This document shows, in pieces, positions 14,035-14,999 of a stretch of 14,999 nt of DNA. A program made the position numbers and the translations under genes. Every line of letters starts with the position of its first letter. Positions within the stretch are counted from its first letter, which is position 1. This stretch comes from Candidatus Zixiibacteriota bacterium (GTDB taxonomy: Bacteria; RBG-13-66-14; B26-G2; WVWN01), in the NCBI GenBank assembly GCA_050117845.1, contig JASFLY010000042.1, positions 1-14,999 of the forward strand, written 5' to 3'. The notes under the pieces are model-generated. The model worked only from the letters and a program-made list of their open reading frames with translations, was not told the origin of the DNA and did no database searches.

Positions 14035-14829
14035 ATGACCGACGGGCGCGACTTCCGGGCCAAGCTCCGGGAAATCGCCCGGGCCCGGGCGCGCGGCGAA
14101 CGTCCCGGGAAGGCCCGTCCGCCGGCCGATAGCGTCGTCCCCGTCGACGAGGCCTGGCCGGCCGAACGCGGCGACGGCCTTTGGCTCTGCCGCCCCGCGT
14201 GGCCCGACGGTTACCCGCCGCCCGCTCCCCCCCAATACCCCGCCAATACGGTGGTAGCTTTCGACGTGGAGTCGCTGGGCCGGACGCCCAAGCCGCTCTT
14301 CCTCGTCGGCTTCGGCTTCCTCTCGGCCGAGGGCGCTAGTTTCGAGCAGTACCTCGCCGGCCATCCCGACGAGGAGGGGCCGGTGCTGTCGGCCTCGGCG
14401 GACGTCATAGGCCGGGCCGACGTGCTCCTTTCCTACAACGGCCGCACCTTCGACCTCCCCATCATCCACGATCGCCTCCGTTGGTGGCGCCTTCCCGGCG
14501 TTGAGCCCCGGCGCCACGTCGACGTCCTCCAACTGGTCCGGCGGCACTACCGCGAGCGTTTGGGTATGCCCGCCTGCGCCCTGGGCGACGCCGAGCGCTA
14601 CGTCCTGGGGGTGGGCCGGCCCGACGACGTGCCCTCCTCGCAGGTCCCGGAGCTGTACGAGCGCTTCCTGCAAATCGGCGACGGCCGCCTCCTCGAGCCG
14701 GTCCTACGGCACAACCTCTACGACCTGGCCGCGACGCTACTCCTATATTTACGGATGAAAAGGGAAATCCCGGAAGCCCTCGAGCCGCCGGGGGACGAGG
14801 ACGTTCCCGAGACCGGGGATTTGTTTTAA
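14035..14829 (+). CDS. RNase_H_2 family (YprB/MrfB-like) DEDDh exonuclease
   Basis: ExoI AFDVESLG, LFLVGFG, EQYL...PDEE, ExoII SYNGRTFDLPII, HVDVL, LGVGRPDDVPSSQVPELY, ExoIII RHNLYDL. No C-terminal TPR region. Confidence 0.9.
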   Translation: MTDGRDFRAKLREIARARARGERPGKARPPADSVVPVDEAWPAERGDGLWLCRPAWPDGYPPPAPPQYPANTVVAFDVESLGRTPKPLFLVGFGFLSAEGASFEQYLAGHPDEEGPVLSASADVIGRADVLLSYNGRTFDLPIIHDRLRWWRLPGVEPRRHVDVLQLVRRHYRERLGMPACALGDAERYVLGVGRPDDVPSSQVPELYERFLQIGDGRLLEPVLRHNLYDLAATLLLYLRMKREIPEALEPPGDEDVPETGDLF

Positions 14830-14840
14830 CTTTTAATTTG

Positions 14841-14999
14841 GTGGCGCCGACATTCCTGTCGGCGGAATACGGTGGGCCTGATATTGGGTTCCGGTGTTTT
14901 CGGTCAGGGTAGGGGCGACTGGCCAGTCGCCCCAAACGTAACCAGGAGTGGGACCGACATTCCTGTCGGTCGTAAATAGAGGCCGTCAGGTGGTAACAC
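14841..14999. repeat. mixed REP cluster (three families)
   Basis: 14841-14864 GTGG-CGCCGACA-TTCC-TGTCGGCG; 14909-14933 GTA-GGGGCGACTGGCCAGTCGCCCC (perfect 22-bp palindrome after GTA); 14948-14971 GTGG-GACCGACA-TTCC-TGTCGGTC; 14982-14999 GCCGTCAGGTGGTAACAC, a family 1 copy cut by the window edge. Confidence 0.85.

Overview
High-GC bacterial chromosomal window (roughly 65-70% GC by eye) with two divergent gene clusters separated by a visibly lower-GC insert. Minus strand, in transcription order: a YprA/MrfA-like DUF1998 helicase, a VanZ-family membrane protein, an RNase_H_2 (DEDD) exonuclease and a small lipoprotein; a REP-associated tyrosine transposase (RAYT) set among eight GTGG/GTGC hairpin REPs; then aspS, a PorX-like receiver-PglZ protein and the 5' part of tilS (tilS is missing from the ORF track). 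The low-GC insert (~8520-10740) encodes a membrane-anchored PASTA-like protein and a seven-repeat PD40/TolB-like beta-propeller. Plus strand: two tandem MacB/FtsX-type ABC permeases with no ATPase nearby, a secreted staphylococcal-nuclease-like protein that has apparently lost its catalytic residues, and a second YprB/MrfB-like DEDD exonuclease. At least four REP-like hairpin families occur in intergenic clusters. The most notable points are the RAYT/REP module lying between a strong promoter and aspS with a perfect 33-bp flanking direct repeat, the compensatory stem variation among REPs, the unusual PorX context, and the permease + pseudo-nuclease + exonuclease operon. All calls come from reading motifs by eye; no database searches were run.
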